A DNA stretch of 64,000 nucleotides from Geosiphon pyriformis uo1. Its lineage: Eukaryota; Fungi; Glomeromycota. The stretch covers positions 4,441 to 68,440 of the forward strand of contig JAAOMT010000348.1 in NCBI GenBank assembly GCA_016748015.1, in the 5' to 3' direction. A model generated the notes under the pieces. It saw only the letters and a list, made by a program, of their open reading frames with translations. It was not told the DNA's origin and made no database searches. Shown here piece by piece: positions 39,479 to 51,262 of the stretch (position 1 is the first letter of the stretch; each line of letters begins with the position of its first letter). The translations under genes and the position numbers were made by a program.

Positions 39479-40429
39479 TATTACCAATAAAATTTTAGCT
39501 ATTAATTAGCATGAAATTACCTTCATAATTCCTATTATATATTAGCATATATTATTATTATTTCGATTATTACTTATTATTTAATCAAATTATCAAATAT
39601 TATTACTCAATTAATAAACCAATTTGTACCATAAAAATTAAAATGATCAAATTACACAATACTCTGAACCATTTAATATAGTTAAAATTCGCCGAAATAA
39701 TTAATAGTTTGTACAAATAACTTGTAGTTCACCAAAATATATCTTTAGTTTGCCAAAATTAAAGCAAAGAAAAAAGTGCAAGTTCAAAGACTAGTATTAC
39801 AACAAGTTGTATAAAAAAAAAGCTTTTCTCTTCAAGAAAATGTATCTTTTTATATCATAGTATAGTATTTTACTTTAGATATCTTAATTATAACAAATCA
39901 TTTTTTACAAAAATCAAATAAAAATTAAAATATTCTAAAACCAAATTCTTAAATTATTACACTTAAAATTCTTTTAGCACAATTAACGTTTTGAAATTAA
40001 TTAACTACCAATTTCAATAAACTGTTAGTAACTCCAGGTCTGAATAGAAAATGTTTCTTTTGATAAAATCTTATTTTTTTTACATTTTTTTTATTTTTTT
40101 TCTCTTTTCTTACTATAATTATTAGAGTAGTCTGCAGACAAAATTTCTGTAGAAAAGTTAACTTTCACAGCAAAAGTAACTACACATTTTTAGTAAACTT
40201 CTAGATAAGCAATTCCTGAGAAGAAGTTGACATTTATTACAACATAATTACACAAAAAAACTGGCACAGAATTAGTCATTTTACTTATAAGTTCAGCAGT
40301 TCAAATTATAGAAGATAATTTGAAAATAAATTCAGTTATTGGAGGTTCAACTGCTTCCAAAAAACATAAAATTAGCAACAGACAAACATTAACAACATTC
40401 AAAAAAAAGACCAAAAACCTTTGGTAACA
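39479..40429 (+). repeat. Element C 5' LTR
   Basis: TATTACC...GGTAACA; near copy of 50299-51262. Confidence 0.93.
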
Positions 40430-40901
40430 TTTGGTGCTCTCTCACAGAAATAACATAGCAACAGCAAATTTAAAGTAGTGACCACACCAAACACAATAAC
40501 TCTAAAATATTATCAATCAATTTACATTCACTGCAAGCAAAGATTCAACATTTAAGACGGAATTGAAATTTTTAAGAAATCACTATACCAATATATTAAA
40601 AACTGCATCAACAATTATTTTTTTGGAAACTACAATATTTCAAAAGTCAGAAACAACTTTTACAATATTTTATTGTACTATTTACTATTGAGAACTAAAG
40701 ATTTTAACAGTGAAATACTTGTTACTTACTTTCAAGAACTTAACTTTAACATTATCCAGTACTGTAAAAAAAAGTATCTAGTACAATCCAAATACTTTCT
40801 TAACTTTAAATCAGAAACAGAGACAAGCAACAAAGGCAAAAAAAATTGAAACAACACTCAAAAACTGCTCCAAACACTCTAAGAATACCAAAAACAACTG
40901 C

Positions 40902-41890
40902 TGTTATCAGAGATTTTTGGTCTCTTTTCTTGAATGCTGTTAATGTTAATTTGCTGTTAATATTAATTTGCTGTAAATTTACATTTCCAAGAAGTAGTTG
41001 AACCTCCAGTAACTGAATTTATCTTCAAATTATCTCCTATAATTTGAATTATTGGGCTTATAAGTGGAATGGCCAATTTTTTGCCAGTTACTTTATGTAG
41101 TTCTATTGTAGTAAACATTAACTCTTTCCTAGGAATTGCTTATCTGGAAGCTCACTAAAAATGTGTAGTTACTTTGCTGTGAAAGTCAACTTTTCTACAG
41201 GAATCTTGTCTGTAGGCTACCTTAATAATTATAATAAGAAAAAAAAGAAAAATAAAAGAAATATAAAAGAAATAGAATTTTATCAAGAGAAACGTTTTTC
41301 TATTCAGGCCTGGAGTCACTAACAGTTTATTGAAATTGGTAGCTAATCAATTTCAAAACGTTAGTTGTGTTGAGAGAATTTTAAGTGTGATAATTTAAGA
41401 ATTTGGTTTTTCGAATATTTAATTTTTATTTGAATGTGTAAAAGTGATTTGTTTCAATTAAGATCTCTAAAGTAGAATGCTATAGTAAGATACTATAAGA
41501 AGATACATTTTCTTGAAGAGAGAAGCTCTTCTTTTATATAACTTGTTGTGGTACTAGTTTTTGAACTTGCACTTTTCTCTTTGCTACAATTTGGGTGAAC
41601 TTAAGATATATTTCAGCAAATTTACAAGTTATTTCACTGAACTATTGATTATTTCGGCGAATTTTCATTAATTTCGGCAAATTTTGACTATGTTAAATGG
41701 TTCAGGGTATTGTGTAATTTGATTATCTTAATTTCTAGAGTACAAATCTGATTATTGATTAAGTAATAATATTTAATAATTTGGTTAAATAATAAGTGAT
41801 AATCGAATTAATAATAATGTATGCTAATTAATAATAGGAATTATGAGAGTAATTTCATGCTAGTTAATGACTAAAATTTTACTGGTAACA
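40902..41890 (-). repeat. Solo LTR (C-type), inverted, in element C gag
   Basis: TGTTA...TAACA; perfect TSD CTGC (40898-40901 / 41891-41894). Confidence 0.95.
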
Positions 41891-42240
41891 CTGCCAAATA
41901 CTTGCAAACACCTGAACAAGGAACCAGCATTAAATTATTACTTTTTATTATACCATTTCCAATTTCACTTGCTTAACCATAAACACCAAGTTCACCACTT
42001 ATCTGTTTCTTCAGACCAGAAGATTTTTAGTTACCTAAAAATCTTACTCAACAGCAAAAACCAATATCAATTAGCACTAATATTATTAATTATTTACAAG
42101 AAAATAAAAGTAATCATTCAAAAAACTTAGAAAGTAAAGAAACTAAATCAGAACAAGAAAAAACTACAGAAAATGAAAAAAAATGGCAACTGTTTATATT
42201 GCAAAAATCCCAAATTTACTGGTGAAAATAATAATACCAG

Positions 42241-43222
42241 TGTTACTGGAGGTTTTTGGTCTCTTTTCTTAAATGTTGGTAATGTTGATTTGCTGTGAAT
42301 TCACGTTTTCAGGAAGTAGTTAAACCTCCAATAACTGAATTTATCTTCAAATTATCTCCTATAATTTGAACTGCTGGGCTTATAAGTGGAATGGCCAATT
42401 CTTTGCCAGTTACTTTATGTAGTTCTATTGTAGTAAACGTTAACTCTTTCCCAAGAATTGCTCGTCTGGAAGCTCACTAAAATGTATAGTTACTTTGCTG
42501 TGAAAGTCAATTTTTCTACAGGAATCTCGTCTGTAGGCTACTCTAATGATTGTAATAAGAAAAGAAAAGGAAATAAAAGAAATATAAAAGAAATAAAATT
42601 TTGTCAAGAGAAACGTTTTCTATCCAGGCCTGGAGTCACTAACATCTTACTGAAATTGGTAGCTAATCAATTTCGAAATGTTAGTTGGTTTTTGAATTTT
42701 TTTCCAAGTGCAATAATTTAAAGAATTTGGTTTTTCGAATTATTTGATATTTATTTCTTTTTGTGTGTATAAGAACGGTTTTAAGAGATAAATCTAAAGG
42801 AAGATATTTTTTTCTCAAAGAAAGAAGCTTTTCTTTTATACAACTTGTCGTAACACTATTCTATGAATTTGAACTTTGCTATTTTCTACAATTTTGCTGA
42901 ACTAAAGATACATTTTGGCAAACTACAAGTTATTTCTGCGAACTTATTAGATATTTTGGTGAACTATCAATTATTTCGGCGAATTTCTATAAATTTCAGC
43001 AAACTTTTGAATGTTACATAGTTTGAGGTATTGCATGATTGATCATCGCAATTAGGTTACATTTGTGTTGTGTACAATTTGGGTTATTAATTAAATGATA
43101 ATTTCGGACATTCTTTGCTAATGTAATAAGTGATAATTTGAAACGATAATATATGCTAATTAATGATTGGAATTATAAGATAGTTTCATGCTAAATGATA
43201 TCTCTAATTTCGTCTGGTAACA
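42241..43222 (-). repeat. Solo LTR (C-related subfamily), inverted, in element C gag
   Basis: TGTTA...TAACA; perfect TSD CCAG (42237-42240 / 43223-43226); one half diverges from the other C-type LTRs. Confidence 0.95.
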
Positions 43223-44219
43223 CCAGCTTTCAAAAATGGCTTAACAAAGTCCAAAAAGCAGAAAATGCAAATAAATAAAATACAGCAAAAATGTTCAAAG
43301 CAATTTCATACCTTCTTTAAAAAATTATAGAAGAATGATTTGAAAACTTAGAAGAACCATTTGGAAACTGGCAAGCATTCAAAAATGCTTTCTTATAACA
43401 ATTCACTGACAACAACACTTTTATCACTCTCCAAAATCACTTTTACAATATTAAACAAGAAACATCTAAAACTGTTATAACCTATCTTGGAAGATTTAAT
43501 AATCTTCTTAGACAAATTTGACAATTAGAAATCAATTAATACTATTTCAATGCCCAGATTTTGGATCAGTTTATAGCAGAATTAAAAGACAAATTGATCA
43601 AAAAAATTTGCCCACCTGCTCTAGAACACTTAGCAATAGTCATTAAACATGCAAAAAACTATAAAATAACAATAGAAGAAGCAAACCATATCAAACTTGT
43701 GAATCTTGCTATTAAAAAAACCAGCTCAGCAGCTGAAGAAAAAATTGATCAGCTTACAAAAAAGGTTGAAAACTATCAATAACAGCAACAACAAACACAA
43801 AAATATTAACCACCACAACAACAAAACCAAACCAACTACCCATTATTATTAAACAGTTAAAACCAAAGTTGTCATTATTGTGGAATTCTAGGACATTGGA
43901 AACAAGACTGCAAAAAGCTACAAAGAAACCAACAAAACAGGAGTAATTAATGTTACTTTTCAACATAGCAATTTCATTATCAGCCTTCACTACCAGTCTA
44001 CTATTTCTCAAGATTCCAACAGCAAAACAGTTACTATTAACCTTCTTTTAGCAACAATATCAACAACCTTTACCAATTCAACAGTATCAACAGCCACTTA
44101 TACAACAATATTAAGTACCTGTCCAAAGATTGATTTAACAAAACCAATTCACACCCCAAAATTAATTCCATAATAATAATAACAGAATCAACTTAAACAA
44201 CTAGTTGGTTTCTCAAAAT

Positions 44220-44409
44220 TCTGGTCAGTAAAGATCCAATTACTACCACACTCAATCCAGTTATCTTACAATGCCAAAAGAATCAGATTTTTAACAAACT
44301 GCACTTTCTAAAAATCTGGTTAGTAAAGACCCAATTACTATCACACTCAATCCAGTTATCTTACAATGCCAAAAGAATCAGATTTTTAACAAACTGCACT
44401 TTCTAAAAA
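44220..44409 (+). repeat. 95-bp tandem duplication in element C gag tail
   Basis: 44220-44314 is repeated at 44315-44409. Confidence 0.95.
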
Positions 44410-47400
44410 TAAAGTTGCAGTACCAAAATTAAACTCTTTCAACAATACTATTCCATTAGTCCAAATTGCTCAAAATACCAATTTTTCAGATATATTTCTA
44501 TTTGAATTTGAAGCCAATGAATCACCATTCTTGTTTAGCAATATAGCTGTCAATGAGCAAAAAACAATTATTGCTATATATACTGAAGCTAAAGTGAAAG
44601 GAAAACAAATCTGCTTAATTCTAGACAGTAGATTAGCTAAAAGTATTATTATTACCTACCAACTAATGCAACAACTCAACCAAAATATTGACAGACCAGC
44701 CCAAACAGTAATTGTTATAGCTGATAGTATAAAAAAAACCCCAGTAGGAGAAATTGATAACTTTTTTTTCACAGTTAATAAAATCACTATTTCAGTCAAA
44801 GTTTTAGTCATGAATGCACTCCAATACCAAGCTTTTGTTGGAAATGATTGGTTTCTCAAGACCAATGCAAATTTAGATTGGGAAATTCAGGAATTGAAAA
44901 TTTCGTATTAAGAACAATATACCAAAGTACCTACCATTTGTAGTATTTTTAATAAAAAATCTGAAAAAGTCCCAGTATTCGAATTTAAAAAAGAGAAAGA
45001 ACTACCAATCACTGAAACCTTTATGGCTCTTGGATTAATATCCAATTGGGCTGAGAAAACAGAACAAGAACTCTTTGAGGAAACCAGAAGATAGAATATA
45101 GTTAGATATTTTACATCAAAACTATGAAAACAACCATTTTATATCCTACTTAAATGCAAAAATTGCAGCAAGAAACTTTTATCAATGGGAGCATGTATCT
45201 CCTCAGAAGAAAAATATGAAACTTGTACCTATTACTACTGTAAAACATGCCATAAAAAATGATTTAGATATTCCAAACAAAATGGAAAATAGGACAACAC
45301 TTCTTGTCTTACATATAAAGATATGTTATCAGAAGAATGCAACTGGATTAATGTTGCAATAAAAAGAGGAGTATGTGATCAAACTTGTCAATATGCTCTA
45401 TCAATCTCGGAAAAAGTGAGAAGAAAAACACTTTTTAATGCAACATACAACAGTGTTTTTAACAAACTCTACCATTACCTTTATAATGCTGAAATGATCT
45501 TTAATTTAGCAATGGCTTTAATCAATAAAGCCACACAAAAAGATGTTTGCCAAATAAAAGAAGCTAATTATATTGAATACACAATAGAATTACCTAAATT
45601 TAACTATAAAGATGAAGTAAAAACATATCACCAGATTACAAGCCATACTTATCTAACCCAAAAAGCTCAAATTCAATGATTGAAGCAAATAAATATTCAA
45701 TTGTATGAAGAATACATCATGCTTTGTAATGACAAATAGTGTTCAGAATGCTATGCTCTTAGCATCTTTTTACTTAACAAAAATGACTAAGAAGAAATTG
45801 AGTTTAAAGAATCTAGGCTAATAGAAGAAATTACAACAACTCCAATCTATCTTACTAAAAATCAGTCTGTTATACAACTCATATACTTTAACAACAATAG
45901 ACAAAGAATAAAACCAAAAAAAGCCCACGATATAGATGTTAAATATGATCTATAATACTCAGGAAAAGATATTTTAGTTCTCTAACCAAAATCCTTAACC
46001 AAAATCAACTTCAAAATTGCTCTTAAAATACTATCAGGAGCAATAGTACAAATTGCTTCTCAATCATCATTGGCAAGCAAAGAAATCAATGTTAGAGGAG
46101 GAGTTATAAATGCAGAATATACTGAAGATATTACCATCATGTTACAGAATAAAACAGACAAACCATTTAGGATTGAACATGCAGAAAAGATTGTCCAAGC
46201 AATTTATCTATCCTTAATCAACATTTTGGGTTTATAATTAGTTAACAACAGAGAATTATTATTTCACTTTTTGGAGAACATCACGAAATTTACACTTGCT
46301 CAAAACTCACTATTACTTAACAAATCTTTGAATCTAATAAACAAATCTGTTTAAAACATAAAATTTCAATTTCAAATGTTTATATTCTTAAAGAAATGAA
46401 GAAATTTTGAGTTATATTCTACAATCCCAACAATTACTTTATTGTCTTATTAAATAAATTAAAAATTAGAATTATATATAGCAATATCTTTCAAGATGAA
46501 AACTCTTAAACTGTCTCTAATTTCATTGAAATTATAAGACATATCTTACTTTTCAATCCAAATATTATCTCTACTATTGAAAGCTACTACCTTTTGAAAG
46601 AAAAACTTTCTCGAATCAACATGAGTCTTTTAGAACCCCAACAACAAAGACAACTGAAACAGCTAATAGTTTAATTTGCAAATATATTTACAAAAAACAA
46701 CAATGACTTAGAAAAACTGATATTGTCTAACATCAAATCCACACAAGAGATGCTTTACCAAAATGACAACAAGCTTATTAAGTACCACCTGCCAGTCACC
46801 AATTCATCAGAGAAGAGGTCCAAAGAATGTTCAATAACAGATTGATTTAACCATCAAGAAGTCCATGGGTCTTACCAATAGTTTTGATTAAAAAGAAAAA
46901 TAGAAAAATCAAATTTTGTGTTGACTATTATCAATTAAACAGTGTAACAATTAAAAATGCCTACCCCTTTCCAAGAATTGATAACATGCTAAATGCTCTA
47001 AGAAAAGCCAAGTTCTTTTCAACTTTAGACTTAAAAAATGAATACTGGCAAATCGAAATAGACTCAAAAGATTGACCCAAAACAGCATTTTACTATCCAA
47101 AAAAAAAACTATAAGTTCAATGTTATGTTTTTTGAACTCTGCAATGTACCAACAACATTCTAGCAATTTATAAATGTTGTTTACAAAAAACTTTTATGGC
47201 AATTAGTAGTTGTTTATCTGGATAACACTAATGTGTACTTACCAAGCTTTGAAGTTCATCTTATCTATCTGTAAAAAGTTTTTCAATAATTATAGAAAAC
47301 AAGATTAAAATTGAACATTGAGAAATATCACTTTGGAAAAACAAGTTTAATTTTTTTTAAACACATAGTTAACAAAAATAGAGTCAAACCAAATTGTAGA

Positions 47401-48083
47401 ACAATTAGTGCTGTCAAAAACTTTCAAACTTCCAAAAATACTACAGAGTTACAAAAATTTGTGAAATTAGCCTTATATTATCGAAAATTCATAAAAAAAT
47501 TCTCAGAAATTGCCAAACTCCTTAATTATTTTATCAACAAAAACATGTTATATTAATAAACTAAAAAACAGCAGAAAGTCTTTGAAACTCTCAAAACAAA
47601 ATTAACAACAGCCCCAGTTTTTGTTTATTCAAACTTCAACAAATGGTTTCAACTAGCCATTGATGCTTCACACAGTATTTGGTGCTATTTTATTACAATT
47701 AGATCAAAATAGCCAGAAACAAGTTATTGTTTATATTAGTAAAACACTCAAACCAACAGAATTCAAGTATGGCTCAACTGAATTAGAAGTTGCTGCAATC
47801 ATTTGGGCTTTTAAACACTTTCAATAATACTTGAAAAATAGAAAAAAATTTGATATTATAACTGACAATATTGGTCTCAAATAGCTTAATAAAAAGAAAA
47901 CTGAACAAAGTGCCAAACAGTTTCAATAGAATAACTTCCTAGCAAACTACAAATATATTGTACACTACAAACCAGGAAAACTACACACTAATGTTAACAA
48001 TCTTTCAAGAATGAAACAAGATTAACACTAACAGCAATCTTATCACAACTTATCAACTCATCAACAATAATAACCAAACAACA

Positions 48084-49460
48084 ATAGATTCCAAAAATTA
48101 CAACAACATTAAAAACTATTTGGAAACTTTTACTATGCCAGAAAATTGGTCTTCAAGTGAAAAAAACCGATTACAACATCAATCAAAACAATATTTTATA
48201 CATTACAACAAAATCTATTTTAAAAATTGCAGAAATTTAAACCAATCACTCAGATTAGTACAGGAAAATGAAAAAAAAACAATCTTATACAACATGTACA
48301 CTCATCTATTATCAGCACACTTGGGAAGAGATGAAACAATTCAAAGAACTTTTAAATATTATTTTTAATCCTACATGTAAAAAAACATTTGACAATATAT
48401 AAAATCTTGTAATAATTGTTAAAAAAGAGAAAGAACTTGCTCCACAGAACCTTTAAATTCAATCAAAGTTGGACAATTTTTTAACAGAGTTGGAATTGAT
48501 TTAGTCAGACTATTATCTATTACAACCCAAGAAAATCATTATATTGCAGTTGTAATAAATTATTTCACTAAATAGTCTGAAGCTAAAGTTATTTAAAGAA
48601 CAGATGCAAAATCAGTAGCAAATTTTATTTATAAAGACATTATTTGTAGACATAAATGCTTAATTGAACTTTTATTTGATCAAGGAACCCATTTTGTAAA
48701 CAACTTAATATAAAAAATTTGTAAATAATTCAATGTCAAAAGACTTTTATTATCACTTTATTACCCCTAAACAAATAGACTTTAGAATGTTTCAACAAAA
48801 CATTATATGAATCTTTAGCCAAAGTTTCAACAGATTTTGAACAGGAATGGGATATTTTTATTCTATCAGTGTTATTAACATACAGAAAACTAAAACAAGA
48901 TACTATAAAACACATATCATTTGATTTTATTAATAAAAAAACAGCAAGATTACCAATTAATTTCACAGTGAAAACATATTCAGTACAACCAATCAATGAA
49001 GAAAACTTCTAAAAAACACTCCAAAAAAGGGCCTATACTCTTTTTAGTATACTGGAAGGAAAAAAACAAATAGCAGCCACTCATATTGAACACTTTCAAG
49101 CTTAACAAAAAGAAAGGCATGACAATAAACTGTTACCAGTTGTCAACGAATTTAAAGTTGGAAATAAAATTCTTTTACACAGAACTAAGGCTAAAAAACA
49201 ATAAAGTGAAAAATTTAAACATAAATGGGATAAACCATTTTATATCTACTAAATTTTAGACAATAGATCATACAAGTTAAGACTTAATAACAAAGTACTA
49301 GCAAAAGTTGTATATGGAAATTGATTGAAACATTATCATTTCAGAAACAATTCTAAACCTTTAATTTCACAAATTGGTACATATTTCTTTTTAATTAATC
49401 TTAAAAATATTCTCTGAAATTTAGAACCAATAGTTATAATAAAACAACAACCAAACTTGA
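48084..49460 (+). pseudogene. Element C integrase (separate ORF)
   Basis: MYTHLLSAHLG...CNNC, GIDLV, DQGTHF, WDKPFYI...GPY/F-type tail. Confidence 0.9.
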
Positions 49461-49611
49461 ATACTTAATTTAACATTTTTATAATAATCTCTTTAAAATA
49501 CACAAAAATAGTAAATAATTACAAGAAACATTCAAACCCAAAAACAAATAAAAACCCCATATTCAAAAAATAATTTTTTTTTATTCTTTTTATTAATTAG
49601 TCACTTTTATC

Positions 49612-50287
49612 ATGATTATTCTCTGAAATATTCAACAAATATTTCAAAAATTAATATTAGCTTTAAAAACACTTCCTGATTTATTCATAATAATTAATGG
49701 AAATCAAATTAATTACACTTAAAAAAAAACCACAACACCAGTAGTAAATAATTTTCAAAATTATTATCCTTATAGAAAAAAAACAAAAGATTACTCTGGA
49801 AATCAATTACCAAAACTTTTGAAACAAGCACTAAAAGAAAACTTTTTATTTGCTCCTATTGACATTCTACCAAATGCCACAATCCAACAAAAACTTCTAT
49901 TATTTTTAATGAACAAAACAATGAACATACTCTTATTTATAGATATTTTCATATTAGAAAAACACTCTATGAATGAAAACTAGAACTTGAAGCAACCAAC
50001 ATTACTCCTGAAGCTATACAAAAACAAATTCACAATAAATTCAAGACAGCAGCTGAACCAACAAATACTTGCTACAAACTTAGAGCAGTATTTAGACTCT
50101 ATGATTTATTCAATACTTGTGAAAACGTCCTACAAAATCTAATACTTCACCCAATAAAGATTCAATACATTGGAAAGCTTACAGAACTAAAATTTCAACA
50201 ATTTTTAGACCAAATCACTTCAATTATCTTGGATTACTATTTTGACATTACAAATAGTGCTTAAACTTTGATAAAGTTCAGTCTTGA
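49612..50287 (+). pseudogene. Element C ORF3, unknown function
   Basis: ATG at 49612; IIINGNQINY...LRAVFRLYDLF...IGKLTELKFQQF...FDKVQS* ending at the PPT. Confidence 0.72.
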
Positions 50288-50298
50288 GGAGAAGATTA

Positions 50299-51262
50299 TG
50301 TTACCAGTAGAATTTTAGCTATTAATTAGCATAAAATTACTCTCATAATTCCTATTATTAATTAGCATATATTATTATTATTTCGATTATCACTTATTAT
50401 TTAATCAAATTATCAAATATTATTATTTAATTAATAACCCGATTTGTATTATAAAAATTAAGATGATCAAATTACACAATATCCTAAACCATTTAATATA
50501 GTTAAAATTCGCCGAAATTGATGAAAATTCGCCAAAATAATCATTAGTTTGTAGAAATAACTTGTAGTTTACCAAAATGTATCTTTAGTTTGCCAAAATT
50601 AAAGCAAAGAAAAAAGTGCAAGTTCAAAGACTAGTACTACAACAAGTTGTATAAAAAAAAAGCTTTTCTCTTCAAAAAAATATATCTTCTTATATCATAG
50701 CATAGTATTTTATTTTAGATATCTTAATTATAACAAATCATCTTTTACACATTCAAATAAAAATTAAATATTCAAAAACCAAATTTTTAAATTATTACAC
50801 TTGAAATTCTCTCAACACAACTAACGTTTTGAAATTGATTAGCTACCAATATCAATAAACTGTTAGTGACTCCAGGTCTGGATAGAAAACGTTTCTCTTG
50901 ACAGAATTCTATTTTTTTTACATTTCTTTTATTTTTCTTTTATTTTTTTATTTACAATTATTAGGGTAGCCTACAGATAAGATTTCTATAAAAGAGTTGA
51001 CTTTCACAGCAAAGTACAATTTTAGTGAGCTTTTAGATAAGCAATTCCTGGGAAAGAGTTGATGTTTACTACAATGTAATTACACAAAGTAACTGGCACG
51101 GAATTGGCCATTTCACTTATAAGTCCAGCAGTTCAAATTATAGGAGATAATTTAAAGATAAATTTAGTTATTGGAGATTTAACTGCTTCCAGAAAACGTG
51201 AAATTAACAACAGACAAACAGTAACAACATTCAAGAAAAAAGACCAAAAACCTCTAATAACA
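50299..51262 (+). repeat. Element C 3' LTR
   Basis: TGTTACC...TAACA; near copy of 39479-40429. Confidence 0.95.

Larger units (their letters stand above)
40470..48025 (+). pseudogene. gag-pol: Element C ORF1: Gag (CCHC 43870-43911), protease (~44570-44911), Cys-rich domain (~45150-45755), dUTPase (~45900-46255), RT and RNase H
   Basis: CHYCGILGHWKQDC; LILDSRL; RGGVINAEYTED, KIVQAI; FCVDYYQLN; VYLDN; AIDAS; ends LSRMKQD*. dUTPase motif 5 is missing. Confidence 0.9.
39479..51262 (+). mobile_element. Element C: Ty3/Gypsy retrotransposon (C-type LTR) with two solo LTRs in gag; flanks do not form a TSD
   Basis: LTRs 39479-40429 and 50299-51262; PBS TGGTGCTCT at 40432; PPT GAGGAGAAG at 50286; flanks TTAG vs GCAG. 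Confidence 0.92.

Noticed and set aside
42458-42721. Recurring 85-87 aa ORF (also 62609-62866)
   Set aside because: Antisense within C-type LTR copies, non-ATG start, no recognisable motif.
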